A stretch of DNA of 64,000 nucleotides, from NCBI GenBank assembly GCA_030431255.1, contig JAUIJL010000006.1, forward strand, positions 468,613-532,612, in the 5' to 3' direction. This DNA comes from Thermoanaerobaculia bacterium. GTDB taxonomy: Bacteria; Acidobacteriota; Thermoanaerobaculia; Multivoradales; J023. Made by a program: the position numbers and the translations under genes. The notes below the pieces were generated by a model. That model ran no database searches. It saw only the letters and a program-made list of their open reading frames with translations, and was not told the DNA's origin. Below are positions 46,909 to 56,294 of the stretch, one piece after another (the first letter of the stretch is position 1; every line of letters begins with the position of its first letter).

Positions 46909-47841
46909 TTGAGCACCGATTATTCGAGAGTTTATGAAGAGCAGAAGGGCTTCCTGTGGGGCTATTGCTATCGCCTTTCGGGCGACGCCGCCCAGGCGGA
47001 GGATCTGGTGCAAGACACCTTCGTCAAGGCATTGGAGAGCCCACCACCGGATACGTCGCTGCCCTGGCGTCCTTGGTTGGTGCGGGTGGCGACCAACCTA
47101 GCTCGGGACGAGGCGCGCAAAGCCAAGCGGGGCAGCTACGTCGGTCCGTGGCTGCCGTCGCCGATCCTGACCGACTCCGACCCCAGAGCCGTCGGCAGCC
47201 TAGAGTCGGGGATCGCAGGACGTTATGAGCTCAAGGAGAGCGCTTCTATCGCCTTTTTGCTGGCGCTCGAGGCCTTGTCCCCGTCCCAGCGGGCGATTCT
47301 CTTGCTGCGGGATGTCTATGACTATTCCGTGGCCGAGACCGCTGAGATCCTCGATTTGAGCGAGTCCAACATCAAGACGTCCTTGCACCGCGCCCGAAAG
47401 GCTTTGGAGGCCTACGACGCCGAGCGAGTGCCGTTGGATGCGCAGCGGGTGCAACGGACGGGCGAGGTCCTGGAGAAGATGCTCCGCTGCTTGGCCACCA
47501 AGGATATAGCCGGCCTAGAGGCGTTGCTGGCGGCCAACGTGGAGGCGTTGAGCGACGGTAACGGTCGTTTCTACGCCGCCAAGGTGCCGGTCGTCGGCGC
47601 GTCCAAGGTCGCATTGATGTACTCCAAGATCGCGCCGAAACCGGAGGAGCCGATCCACCTACGGCCCGCGATGTTGAATTTCTTGCCGTCCTTGGTCCTG
47701 GAGCGGGAGGACGCCCCCGAGGGCTGGGCTCGCCGATCCACGTTGAGCATCGATCTCGACCACGAGGGCAAGGTGGCCAAGATCTACACCATCTTGGCTC
47801 CCGCGAAGCTGACGGCGGTCGCTGCGGCCCGAGCTCAATAA
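46909..47841 (+). CDS. ECF sigma factor with C-terminal SnoaL-like extension (SigJ/ECF41-like)
   Basis: FLWGYCYRLSGDAAQAEDLVQDTFVKAL and PWLVRVATNLARDEARK (region 2), and AILLLRDVYDYSVAETAEILDLSESNIKTSLHRARKAL (region 4), plus about 110 extra C-terminal residues. TTG start. Confidence 0.85.
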   Translation: MSTDYSRVYEEQKGFLWGYCYRLSGDAAQAEDLVQDTFVKALESPPPDTSLPWRPWLVRVATNLARDEARKAKRGSYVGPWLPSPILTDSDPRAVGSLESGIAGRYELKESASIAFLLALEALSPSQRAILLLRDVYDYSVAETAEILDLSESNIKTSLHRARKALEAYDAERVPLDAQRVQRTGEVLEKMLRCLATKDIAGLEALLAANVEALSDGNGRFYAAKVPVVGASKVALMYSKIAPKPEEPIHLRPAMLNFLPSLVLEREDAPEGWARRSTLSIDLDHEGKVAKIYTILAPAKLTAVAAARAQ

Positions 47842-47925
47842 GCCCTGGAGGTGGAAGCCTGGGGGGACTGGCCACCGGGCCAGTCGAGTCTTGTGGCCGG
47901 AGCGGACGTCCGCTAGGGTCGGACC

Positions 47926-48942
47926 ATGGAACCAAAAGAGCAGCTGGACGACGTTGTAGCTCCGTCGATCGAGGCCATTCGGGCCGCCAAGGAGCGGCTC
48001 GGGGACCGCATCCTCACGACGCCGGTGCGTCATTGGCAAAGCCGGGAAATCGTCCGTCGTCTTGGGGACACCCAGGTCTTCCTGAAATTGGAGCTTTTCC
48101 AACACGGTGGCACCTTCAAACCCCGTGGAGCGCTGCTCAACATGCTGGCCTTGGATAAGGACGCGCTCGCCCGGGGCGTCACCGCGGTATCCGCCGGCAA
48201 TCATGCCATCGCCGTCGCGTTCGCCGCCGATTCCTTGGGCACCACCGCGAAGGTCGTAATGCCGCGAACCGCGAACCCGGCCCGGGTCTCGATCTGCCGC
48301 GACTACGGAGCCGAGGTGGTCTTGGTGGACGACGTGCACCAAGCGTTCGATGAGGTGCATCGAATCGAAGACCAAGAAGGGCGGGTTTTCGTACACCCGT
48401 TTGAGAGTGAGAACGTCACTTTGGGCACGGCCGGGGTCGGCCTGGAGCTTTGCGAGCAGGTGCCCGATCTCGACGCGGTGATCGTGCCCATCGGTGGCGG
48501 TGGGTTGTGCTCCGGTATCGCCACCGCGGTCAAACAGCTTCGGCCGCAGTGCCGAGTCTTCGGGGTCGAGCCCGAAGGGGCGGACACCATGCACCGCAGC
48601 TTTGCCGCCGGCAGCCCTCAGGCCATCGACAAGGTACGTTCCATCGCCGACAGCCTGGGCGCTCCCCATGCCGCGCCATATAGCTTCGCCCTCTGTCGTC
48701 GATTCGTCGATGAGTTGGTCAAAGTCGACGATGAAGCGATCCGTCGGTCCATGGGGTTGCTCTTCAGCGACGCCAAGATCGCCGTTGAGCCGGCCGGGGC
48801 CGCTGCTACCGCGGCGTTGATCGGCCCCTTGCGCCATCAGCTGGCGGGTCGGAGGGTCGGGGTCATCGTCTGTGGCAGCAATATCGATCTAAATACATTC
48901 GCTCAGCAGGCCTTACCGGCTGAGCCAACCCGTGAGACATAG
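47926..48942 (+). CDS. PLP-dependent threonine/serine dehydratase
   Basis: LKLELFQHGGTFKPRGAL (PLP-lysine motif), VSAGNHAIAVAFAA and GGGGLCSG glycine loop. Confidence 0.88.
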   Translation: MEPKEQLDDVVAPSIEAIRAAKERLGDRILTTPVRHWQSREIVRRLGDTQVFLKLELFQHGGTFKPRGALLNMLALDKDALARGVTAVSAGNHAIAVAFAADSLGTTAKVVMPRTANPARVSICRDYGAEVVLVDDVHQAFDEVHRIEDQEGRVFVHPFESENVTLGTAGVGLELCEQVPDLDAVIVPIGGGGLCSGIATAVKQLRPQCRVFGVEPEGADTMHRSFAAGSPQAIDKVRSIADSLGAPHAAPYSFALCRRFVDELVKVDDEAIRRSMGLLFSDAKIAVEPAGAAATAALIGPLRHQLAGRRVGVIVCGSNIDLNTFAQQALPAEPTRET

Positions 48943-48950
48943 AGGTTTCC

Positions 48951-49469
48951 ATGCAAAGACCCAGCACCGGTGAGTACCACGAGTATTACGAAACCTACGT
49001 CGGCAAGGTGCCCGATGGTGACATCTTCCAGATCCTGGAGCAGGAGCTGAAGATCACCGAGGATCTGCTTCGGGGAGTACCGTCCGAGCTCGAGACACAC
49101 GCATATGACGAGGGCAAGTGGACGGTGCGGGAAGTCCTGGGCCACATGCTCGACACGGAGCGTGTTTTCGGCTTTCGGGCCCTATGGATGGCCCGTGGAG
49201 ACCAGCAGGGCCAACCGGGCATGGATCAAGATGCCTGGGGGGCCTTATCCAACGCCCGGGATCGGCCGCTGGTGGACTTGACGGAAGAATTCTCCTTGGC
49301 TCGACGCGGGCATCTGCTGATGTTCCGGGGATTCAGAGAGGAAGATTGGGCCCGGACCGGCACTGCCTCTGGGTTCCTTTTCACGGCCCGGGCGTTCCCT
49401 TTCATCATGGCCGGCCACGAGATCCATCATCGTCAGGTGTTGGCGGCGCGATATTTGACGGCCGATTGA
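48951..49469 (+). CDS. DinB family protein
   Basis: 172 aa. EYHEYYETYVGKV, WTVREVLGHMLDTERVF and the C-terminal AGHEIHHRQVL histidine triad pattern match DinB_2. Confidence 0.85.
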   Translation: MQRPSTGEYHEYYETYVGKVPDGDIFQILEQELKITEDLLRGVPSELETHAYDEGKWTVREVLGHMLDTERVFGFRALWMARGDQQGQPGMDQDAWGALSNARDRPLVDLTEEFSLARRGHLLMFRGFREEDWARTGTASGFLFTARAFPFIMAGHEIHHRQVLAARYLTAD

Positions 49470-50047
49470 TGTCGCGACCCGAACCCGATCCCCGTCAAAA
49501 GGGAGACCTGCTCGACCTGCTGGAAGAGCTTCAAGCCTTGGACAAGGTGCCGCGCTTGGGTTATGCCCAGCGCGGCGTGCCGGATCCCGAGAGTGTCAGC
49601 GAGCACTCGTTTCACGTGGTCTTCTTGGTTTGGGCGTTGTCCACGGACATTCCCGATTTCGATCGGTTTCGGGCGGTGGAAATCGCCTTGATCCACGACC
49701 TTGCGGAAGTGAGGTTCGGGGATTTGCCGCGCACCGCGGCCCACTATCTGCCGCCGGGTGCTAAAGACACGGCCGAGCTGACGGCGGTGACCGACCTGTT
49801 GGCACCGCTGGGCTCGGATTCAGCTTCTCTGCTGAGGGAATATCAGGAGCGCCGAACCCCCGAAGCTCACTTTGTGTCCGTGTGCGACAAATTGCAGCTG
49901 CTGATCAAGGCGGGGGTCTACCGGAAATGGCGTGCGGGGGCGGTGGATGAGTTCCTGGACGCCCTCGACAGCTTTGATGACGGGGGATTCGAGCCGGTCC
50001 GCAAGGTCGTGAGCCGGTTACGGAGCCGACGAGAAGAGCGAGATTAG
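49469..50047 (+). CDS. HD domain phosphohydrolase (YfbR-like)
   Basis: ATG 49469 overlaps the DinB stop (TGATG). Motifs VSEHSFHVVFLVWAL and ALIHDLAEVRFGDLP. The ORF-track start 49118 lies inside dinB in another frame and is rejected. Confidence 0.85.
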   Translation: MSRPEPDPRQKGDLLDLLEELQALDKVPRLGYAQRGVPDPESVSEHSFHVVFLVWALSTDIPDFDRFRAVEIALIHDLAEVRFGDLPRTAAHYLPPGAKDTAELTAVTDLLAPLGSDSASLLREYQERRTPEAHFVSVCDKLQLLIKAGVYRKWRAGAVDEFLDALDSFDDGGFEPVRKVVSRLRSRREERD

Positions 50048-50646
50048 TTGACGGCTTCCTCGCCGTGCAACGGCTCGGCTTCCACCTCGTCTAGATCGAC
50101 GCCTCTTTCGGCCAACATGGACTTGATCTTGGCGTAGATGTTGGTGTTGAGCAGCCCTTGTCCGGCGGTGAGCGCATCGCTCAAGGCTCTGCGCAGGGAG
50201 CCGGAGCCGCTCCAATATCTCTCCGCGAAGGGCTCGAGGTCCCGGCCGAAGGCTTGGGTCAGCATGGCCGCCGCCAACACCAGATCGTCGGCATAACCGG
50301 CCGGTCCGACGAAGGCCTCGGGTAGCAGATCCACGGGCAGAACGAAGTAAGCCAGGGCACCACCGATCAAGGCACGTTGCTCCTTGGGCACCTCGCGATC
50401 CAAAGCCAAGCGCAACAACAGCACGAACACGTCGGGGATGAGCAGGAAGAAATCCACCGCCTGGGGACCTAAGCGACCGCTCTTCTTCTCCACGTAGTCG
50501 GAAATGCGGTCCCGAAGGCGATCGTAAAAGCTCAGCAGGCCGGAGCTAGGTAAGTCGTCGTCGAAGCTCTCGCTTTGGGCCGACAACCCGCTGAGCTCGT
50601 CGATTTCCTGATCGTCCATTGTTCGTGCCTTGTGATCCTGATCCAT
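50044..50646 (-). CDS. DUF1232 (YkvA-like) membrane protein
   Basis: ALAYFVLPVDLLPEAFVGPAGYADDLVL is the DUF1232 core. Start placed at ATG 50646; ORF-track 50712 is an alternative. Confidence 0.7.
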   Translation of the reverse strand: MDQDHKARTMDDQEIDELSGLSAQSESFDDDLPSSGLLSFYDRLRDRISDYVEKKSGRLGPQAVDFFLLIPDVFVLLLRLALDREVPKEQRALIGGALAYFVLPVDLLPEAFVGPAGYADDLVLAAAMLTQAFGRDLEPFAERYWSGSGSLRRALSDALTAGQGLLNTNIYAKIKSMLAERGVDLDEVEAEPLHGEEAVN

Positions 50647-50775
50647 GGTGCTTGATCTCCCGAATGTGGTAGGCGCGGTGCGGTCCGGCTCGCACGTGCC
50701 GCAGAGCGGCAAGATTCTATCATCCGCGTTCGAGCTCGTGTGTGCGGGCCGCGGTCCCGATCAGAAGCGGTGCGA

Positions 50776-51762
50776 TCAGAAGATGTAGGCGGCGGCCAGG
50801 CCGATCTGGGCGAACATCAACATCATGTACATGTGTTTCCATGATGGATGATTCTCGGAGCGGGTCAGCTCTTCCGGGTCTTTGAGGATCAACGAGACGG
50901 TGTAGAGACCCCATGCTGTGAGCAGCACGCCGAGTCCGGTGAGCAGGGTGGCATTGCCGGTGAGAATCATCAGATCCGGATTTTGGGGATCGGGAATCCG
51001 CACGCCGATCGGTAGGAGCACCCAGGGGATGACGAAAAATGGCGCCATGATCCACGCGGCCTTGGTCGGCCCGTAGAGGATCGGTGGAGTTTTACAGCCC
51101 CCGGCTCGATCACCCTCGATGTCGGCAAAATCCTTGGTGGAGGCGGCACCGATCAGGAAGAGGGCCATAGTGAATCCGATGTACCAGGGCTCCCAATGCC
51201 AGATATGGGCGACCATGGCCCAGCCCGCGACTTTCAACAGGCAGCCCCGGGGGATGGCGATGGTGATGTTGGCCCAGATACCCAGAGCTTTAGTCCGGCC
51301 CAGCTCGGGTGCGGAGTAGATGAAGGTGAAGACCATGCCCACCAGATAGATGAAGAAGGTCTCATGGTAGGCCAAAGGAGCGCTGAGCTTTTCGCCCCAG
51401 GTGCTGTAGGGGTAGACCACGACCAGCCAGGTGGGAATCAAGGCCAGGGCGTAGCAGATCCAGGTGAAGATCCAACCCTCTCGGATGCTCAAATCTCCGG
51501 TGACCAACGGCCGGTCGGGTTTGTTGATCCGATCGATCTCCAGGTCGTAGATCTGATTGATGGCGTTGGACGCGGCATTCATCAGGCTGGCACAGAGGGA
51601 GCCGAGGGACACCGTGAGGATGACCGCCAGGGTCAGCCGGGATTCCGGGTCCGGATTGTGGGCGGAGCCGAAGGCGCAGACCGCGCCGGAGAGAATGCCC
51701 AGCAGCGGTGGCAGCAGGGTAAAGGGCCGCGCCAATTTGATGTAGTGGGAAAGTTTGCTCAT
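50776..51762 (-). CDS. UbiA family prenyltransferase (DGGGP-synthase/chlorophyll-synthase-like clade)
   Basis: IKLARPFTLLPP, first Asp-rich motif NAINQIYDLEIDRINKPDRPLVTG and second motif KDFADIEGDRAGG. About 8-9 helices. Confidence 0.85.
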   Translation of the reverse strand: MSKLSHYIKLARPFTLLPPLLGILSGAVCAFGSAHNPDPESRLTLAVILTVSLGSLCASLMNAASNAINQIYDLEIDRINKPDRPLVTGDLSIREGWIFTWICYALALIPTWLVVVYPYSTWGEKLSAPLAYHETFFIYLVGMVFTFIYSAPELGRTKALGIWANITIAIPRGCLLKVAGWAMVAHIWHWEPWYIGFTMALFLIGAASTKDFADIEGDRAGGCKTPPILYGPTKAAWIMAPFFVIPWVLLPIGVRIPDPQNPDLMILTGNATLLTGLGVLLTAWGLYTVSLILKDPEELTRSENHPSWKHMYMMLMFAQIGLAAAYIF

Positions 51763-51814
51763 GGGAACCTCGATATCTGCAAGGAGGCGTGGCCTCCGAA
51801 TGGGCGAGAGCGTC

Positions 51815-53191
51815 TCAGCCGAAGAGGGCGACTAGGGCCGCAGCGGCAAGGGCGCCGATCAGGGTGTTGAGAAAGTTTACCGATTCGTTGTCGAGCAACC
51901 CGGCTTTTTCGATGGTTGCGCCGACATAGCTTTCGAGGGTGGTACCGATGAAGGCCGCCAGGGTGATCAACGCAACGATCCAGGGTCCGTAAAACCCGAG
52001 AGCCCAGCCGAGGGCGGCCACCGCCGCCGAGCCGAGCACAGTCGCGAGAGTTCCCTCTAAAGACACCGCACCTTCTGTGCCGCGGGGCACTGGCTTGAGG
52101 GTGGTGATCAAGAAGGTGCGCCGCCCCCAAAGCTGGCCGATCTCCGAGCCCATGGTGTCGCCGGTGGCGGTGGCGAAAGCGGCGACAAAGGCCGGCAGAT
52201 AAATGTGTCCGAAATCGGTGGTGGCGGCGAAGACCGCGGCGATCATGGGCACACCGGTGTTGGCAAAAGCGTGGCGAGCCGATCGACGGCCGCCCCCTTC
52301 TTGGGCCAAGTTTCGTTCGGCCTTTTGCTTATACCCGAGCTTGGTGGCGCCGGTGCCGATGACGAAGAAGGCGACCAGGATCAACCATCCCTGCCAACCC
52401 AAGAAGGTCCAAATCGTGGTGCCGATGATCAGGCCACCGAAGTATCCGGAAACGTTGACCGAGCGTTTCAAATAGGCCAGGGCCCCCAGCACGGCGTTGG
52501 CGATCAAGCCGTAAACAGCCGCCGTGCCCAACGCGGCCCAATCCACGCTGAGCCAATAGCTCTCCGACAACAGCAGACCGTGTAGGACCAAGCCGGCCAG
52601 CAAGGGCACGCTGATGTTGTCGTCGAGGGCGATGGGTTGGGATTCGATCATTGCCGCGAAAAGGGACGTGACCGCCGCGGCGGCGATCAAAAACGGCAAG
52701 ACGTAGGGCTGATCGGTGCGGCTGAGGGTCCACCACAAGAGGGTCGCGGCGCCGAGGGTGCCGAACAACCAATAGGCCAACGTGCCGGACCAGCTTTTCT
52801 TGGGGTTCCAGGGCAACCTAGGGCCGCCGACGGTCATGCCGACGAGGGAGGCCATGCCGTCGCCGAAAGCCAGGATGGCCCAAATGGCGGCGGCTACCTC
52901 GAGACGATTCCAGAACACCAGGATCAATGCCAGGACAGCCGCCGGGTACAAAACGATGCCGAGGGAGGTGCCCCGCTCCTGTTCCGCTTGACGCCAAAGC
53001 ACCTTGCCGCCGACCCGCGGCAGAACGAAGAGATTCATCAACAAGGCGGCCAGGGCGCAGAGCGCCGAGTAGAAGGGGCCTAAATAGGCGACGGCAAAAG
53101 CAATCCCGCCCACGCCCATGTGCACGAGCTTGCGCAGAAGCTCCTTGCCGGTGACCCGCTCCGTTCCGGTGGCCGCCTCCGTCGAGCTCAT
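51815..53191 (-). CDS. Fusion membrane protein: CTP-dependent polyprenol (phytol/dolichol) kinase-like domain + DUF92/TMEM19 (VTE6-like) domain
   Basis: The N-terminal half has LRKLVHMGVGG and AFGDGMASLVGMTVGGPRLPWNPKKSWSGTLA (SEC59/DGK1/VTE5-type CTP-transferase motif). The C-terminal half has GTGATKLGYKQKAERNLAQEGGGRRSARHAFANTG and ATGDTMGSEIGQLWGRRTFLITTLKPVPRGTEGAVSLEGT (DUF92 motifs). ATG 53191 overlaps the upstream stop (ATGA). Confidence 0.75.
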   Translation of the reverse strand: MSSTEAATGTERVTGKELLRKLVHMGVGGIAFAVAYLGPFYSALCALAALLMNLFVLPRVGGKVLWRQAEQERGTSLGIVLYPAAVLALILVFWNRLEVAAAIWAILAFGDGMASLVGMTVGGPRLPWNPKKSWSGTLAYWLFGTLGAATLLWWTLSRTDQPYVLPFLIAAAAVTSLFAAMIESQPIALDDNISVPLLAGLVLHGLLLSESYWLSVDWAALGTAAVYGLIANAVLGALAYLKRSVNVSGYFGGLIIGTTIWTFLGWQGWLILVAFFVIGTGATKLGYKQKAERNLAQEGGGRRSARHAFANTGVPMIAAVFAATTDFGHIYLPAFVAAFATATGDTMGSEIGQLWGRRTFLITTLKPVPRGTEGAVSLEGTLATVLGSAAVAALGWALGFYGPWIVALITLAAFIGTTLESYVGATIEKAGLLDNESVNFLNTLIGALAAAALVALFG

Positions 53192-54186
53192 TTTGGCCAC
53201 TCCGGTAGGCTCTTGAGCCACTCTGCGGAGAGGCTCAGGCCCTCTTCCAAGGTTCGCCACGTGTAGCCCAGCTCGGTTTCGGCCTTTTGGTTGGAAAGGG
53301 CCCAATCGTGGCGGTAGACCTCGACCAAATCCGGTGTCAGCTTGGGGGTGCCGCCGGTCAGCTGTGCCCAGCCCTTCATCATGGCGCCGGATAGCTTGGC
53401 CATGGCGTCAGGCATTCGCAGACTCGGGGTTTTGATGCCGAATACCCTGCCGACCGTGGCATAGAAGTCGCCTTGGGTCACATTGTCGCCGGCGAGCACA
53501 AAGCGCTCGCCCACAGGGGCTTGCTCCAAGACCTTGACGATGCCCGCGGCCACGTCTTCCACGAACGAGTAATTCCACACCCTCTCCGCCTTGCCTAAAA
53601 GGGCCGGCAGACGCTTGTGGGCCAAGTCGAGCACGTGGCGCAAGACGATATTGCCCTCCGTCAGCTCCCCCGGCCCGTAGATCACTCCGGGGTAGATGAC
53701 GTTGAGAGGAACACCGGACTCGATGGCCTTACGGGCCGCGCGGTCGGAAAGGGTCTTGGTGCGCTCGTAGTCGTTGATCCACTGACGGTCGGCCACCGAG
53801 GCTTGCTCGTCGAGAACCCCACCGGGTCCGTTTTCCGTCGGGCCGAGAGCCATGAAGCTCGAGACGTAAACGACTTTTTGAATATCGAAGGCTTGAGCCG
53901 CGGCGATGACGTTCTCCAGGCCACCGATATTGATACGGTCGAATTGCTCGGCGGGGGCGAGGATTTTCACCAGGGCGGCGGCGTGGAGGATGGCGTCACA
54001 ATCCTGGGCGGCACGAATCAGGCTATCGCGATCGGTGACGTCGCCTTCCGCGAAGGTCACACCGTCGGGAAAGCGGTCCCGGTTAGAAGTAGGGCGCACG
54101 AGCAAGCGAAGCTCGTGGTTTTCGGCCAAGAGATCGACCGTCCGTCGGCCGAGGAAACCGGTACCGCCGGTGACGAGGAGCTTCAT
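53188..54186 (-). CDS. NAD-dependent epimerase/dehydratase family SDR (HpnA/dihydroflavonol-reductase-like)
   Basis: MKLLVTGGTGFLGRR Rossmann motif and extended-SDR layout. Substrate not assignable. Confidence 0.75.
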   Translation of the reverse strand: MKLLVTGGTGFLGRRTVDLLAENHELRLLVRPTSNRDRFPDGVTFAEGDVTDRDSLIRAAQDCDAILHAAALVKILAPAEQFDRINIGGLENVIAAAQAFDIQKVVYVSSFMALGPTENGPGGVLDEQASVADRQWINDYERTKTLSDRAARKAIESGVPLNVIYPGVIYGPGELTEGNIVLRHVLDLAHKRLPALLGKAERVWNYSFVEDVAAGIVKVLEQAPVGERFVLAGDNVTQGDFYATVGRVFGIKTPSLRMPDAMAKLSGAMMKGWAQLTGGTPKLTPDLVEVYRHDWALSNQKAETELGYTWRTLEEGLSLSAEWLKSLPEWPK

Positions 54187-55118
54187 GGGGTTTCTCCTTC
54201 AAGGCCCATTGTTTCGTGCCAAAGATCGTCGAGGGCTCGGTCGAGATCATAGCGCGGCTGCCATCCCAAGTCTTTGAGCCGGGAGATGTCACCTTGCAAC
54301 AGTGGAATGTCCACTGGTCGTACCCGTTCGGCCTCCACTTGGATCTCCGCCTGGACCCCGGAAGCCGCACGCAATCGGTCCAGGGCATCGGCGATGGAAT
54401 GTGCCTCGCCGCTGGCCAGATTGTAGATCTCACCCTGGCGACCCTGGCTCAGCACCACCTCATAACCGGCGACCGCGTCGGTGACGTGCAGAAAATCCCG
54501 TTTCGGGGATAGATCGCCGACTTTGATGACCGCCTCGCTGCGCCCGGCTCGGATGGACGCCAGCTGGGAGGCAAACGACGGCAACGCAAATTGACGGCTC
54601 TGACCCGGGCCGATGGAGTTGAACGACCGCACCACGATGGCACCGTGGTCGAGGGCGATTTCTTCGGCGCAGGCTTTGGTCATGGCGTAGGGGGAGCGGG
54701 GCTCCACCGGTCGATCCTCCGGGATCGGCTGCTCGTCCTCCGGCACGGAGCCGTAGACCTCGGCGCTGGAGGCGAAGAGCACCTTCAGCCCTTTCGCCAT
54801 GTGCATCAGGTTGCGGGTGCCACAGAAGTTGACCCGAAAATAATCTCCGGGTCGTCGCCAAGACTCGCCGACGTGGGACAAACCCGCCAAGTGCACGATG
54901 GCGTCGGGTCGGCAGTCGTCGATCGCGCGGCCGAGGGCGTCGCGGTCACAAATGTCGACGTTGTAGAGCGGAATCGAAGACAGCTCGGGGCTCATCTCGC
55001 GGTTGCCGGACGCAGCGGAAGCCAGACCGAAGACCTCGAAGACACCGCCCCGGCCGACGAGATGTCGTGCTAGGTGTTTGCCGACGAAACCAGTGATGCC
55101 GGTGATCAATACGCGCAT
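54183..55118 (-). CDS. NAD-dependent epimerase/dehydratase, GDP-6-deoxy-D-mannose reductase (Rmd)-like
   Basis: MRVLITGITGFVGKHL, PYAMTKACAE and SFNSIGPGQSRQFALPSFASQLA, followed by VGDLSPKRDFLHVTD. The pattern resembles Rmd/GDP-4-keto-6-deoxymannose reductases. Confidence 0.6.
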   Translation of the reverse strand: MRVLITGITGFVGKHLARHLVGRGGVFEVFGLASAASGNREMSPELSSIPLYNVDICDRDALGRAIDDCRPDAIVHLAGLSHVGESWRRPGDYFRVNFCGTRNLMHMAKGLKVLFASSAEVYGSVPEDEQPIPEDRPVEPRSPYAMTKACAEEIALDHGAIVVRSFNSIGPGQSRQFALPSFASQLASIRAGRSEAVIKVGDLSPKRDFLHVTDAVAGYEVVLSQGRQGEIYNLASGEAHSIADALDRLRAASGVQAEIQVEAERVRPVDIPLLQGDISRLKDLGWQPRYDLDRALDDLWHETMGLEGETP

Positions 55119-55322
55119 AGAAAGTGCTTCTTGGTCGAGGCGGGCGCCGTTCGACGCCGCATGGAGAGCTCGACCCTCGAGAGGGCCGATCCGCGGGGCT
55201 GGTATCAGGGCTCAGTCGACGGCTTCGACGTCTGAGCCCTGAGGTTCGGCCTGTGTTGGCTCGGTGTGCGGGCGAAGTCTGCGATTACCGGCTACCGCCG
55301 GGCAGACAGACCTTCGTCCGGC

Positions 55323-56294
55323 TCAGCCTCGTCCGTCGGCGATTCGGTCGACCCAATAATCGAAGGTGTCTTTGAGGGTCTTGTCGAACGGGATTTCGAT
55401 ATCCCAGCCGGTATCGGCTTTGAATTTGGAGGCATCACCGATCAAGATTTCTACGTCCGACGGGCGCATGCGAGCCGGATCCTCTCGGACCTCGACCTCG
55501 ACTCCGGACAGCTCGATCAGGCGGTCCAGCAGCTCTTGGATGGTGATCTCGCGACCGCTGGCGATATTGTAGACCTCGCCGGGCGTGGCCTTGTTGACCG
55601 CCAGCCAGTAGGCACGCACCATGTCGCGCACGTCGGTGAAATCGCGGATCGCGGTCAGGTTGCCCACGTGGATGACCGGTTCGTTGAGACCCGCTTTGAT
55701 CCGCGCCAGCTGCTTGGCGAAGTTCGAGGTCACGAAGACGTCGCCACGGCGGGGTCCGGTGTGGTTGAAGCCGCGGGTCCGGATCGCCTTGATGCCGTAG
55801 CTCTGGAAGTATTGGTAGCCCAAGTAGTCCTGGCTGACCTTGGAGACCGCGTACGGCGAGAGGGGCCGCAGGGGGTTAGTCTCCTTGATCGGCGTTTCCT
55901 CGGGTTTCACCAATCCGTATTCCTCGCTCGAGCAAGCGATTTGGATCACCGGGTCGAGCCCCAGGCGACGGACCGCCTCGAAAATATTGGTCTGGCCGAT
56001 GATGTTGGTGTTGAGGGTTTCGCTCGGCGCGTTCCAGCTGGTGGGCACGAAGCTTTGGGCGGCGAGGTGGAAGATGAAATCCGGCTTGACGGTTTCAAGG
56101 GTCGCGATGACCGAGTTGAAATCGCAGAGGTCGCATTCCAGCAGCTCGACTTGGTGCTCGATGCCTTGGATGTTTTCCATCGGGCTGCGCCACCGTCGGG
56201 TGCCGGCGACGTGAACATCTGGGTGGTTTTCGAGCAGATACTCGGCGAGATGGGATCCGGCGAAACCGGTAATACCCGTAATCAAAGCTCTCAT
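55323..56294 (-). CDS. gmd: GDP-mannose 4,6-dehydratase family SDR
   Basis: MRALITGITGFAGSHL, YAVSKVSQDYL, GFNHTGPRRGDVFVTSNFAKQLARI and VGNLTAIRDFTDVRD match the Gmd motif series. ATG 56294 overlaps the rmlD stop (ATGA). Confidence 0.7.
   Translation of the reverse strand: MRALITGITGFAGSHLAEYLLENHPDVHVAGTRRWRSPMENIQGIEHQVELLECDLCDFNSVIATLETVKPDFIFHLAAQSFVPTSWNAPSETLNTNIIGQTNIFEAVRRLGLDPVIQIACSSEEYGLVKPEETPIKETNPLRPLSPYAVSKVSQDYLGYQYFQSYGIKAIRTRGFNHTGPRRGDVFVTSNFAKQLARIKAGLNEPVIHVGNLTAIRDFTDVRDMVRAYWLAVNKATPGEVYNIASGREITIQELLDRLIELSGVEVEVREDPARMRPSDVEILIGDASKFKADTGWDIEIPFDKTLKDTFDYWVDRIADGRG

Noticed and set aside
49118-49468. Upstream 117 codons of ORF 49118..50047, lying inside dinB in another frame.
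   Set aside because: The HD-domain homology begins only after ATG 49469, which overlaps the dinB stop. The upstream part is Gly/Pro/Arg-rich shadow sequence.
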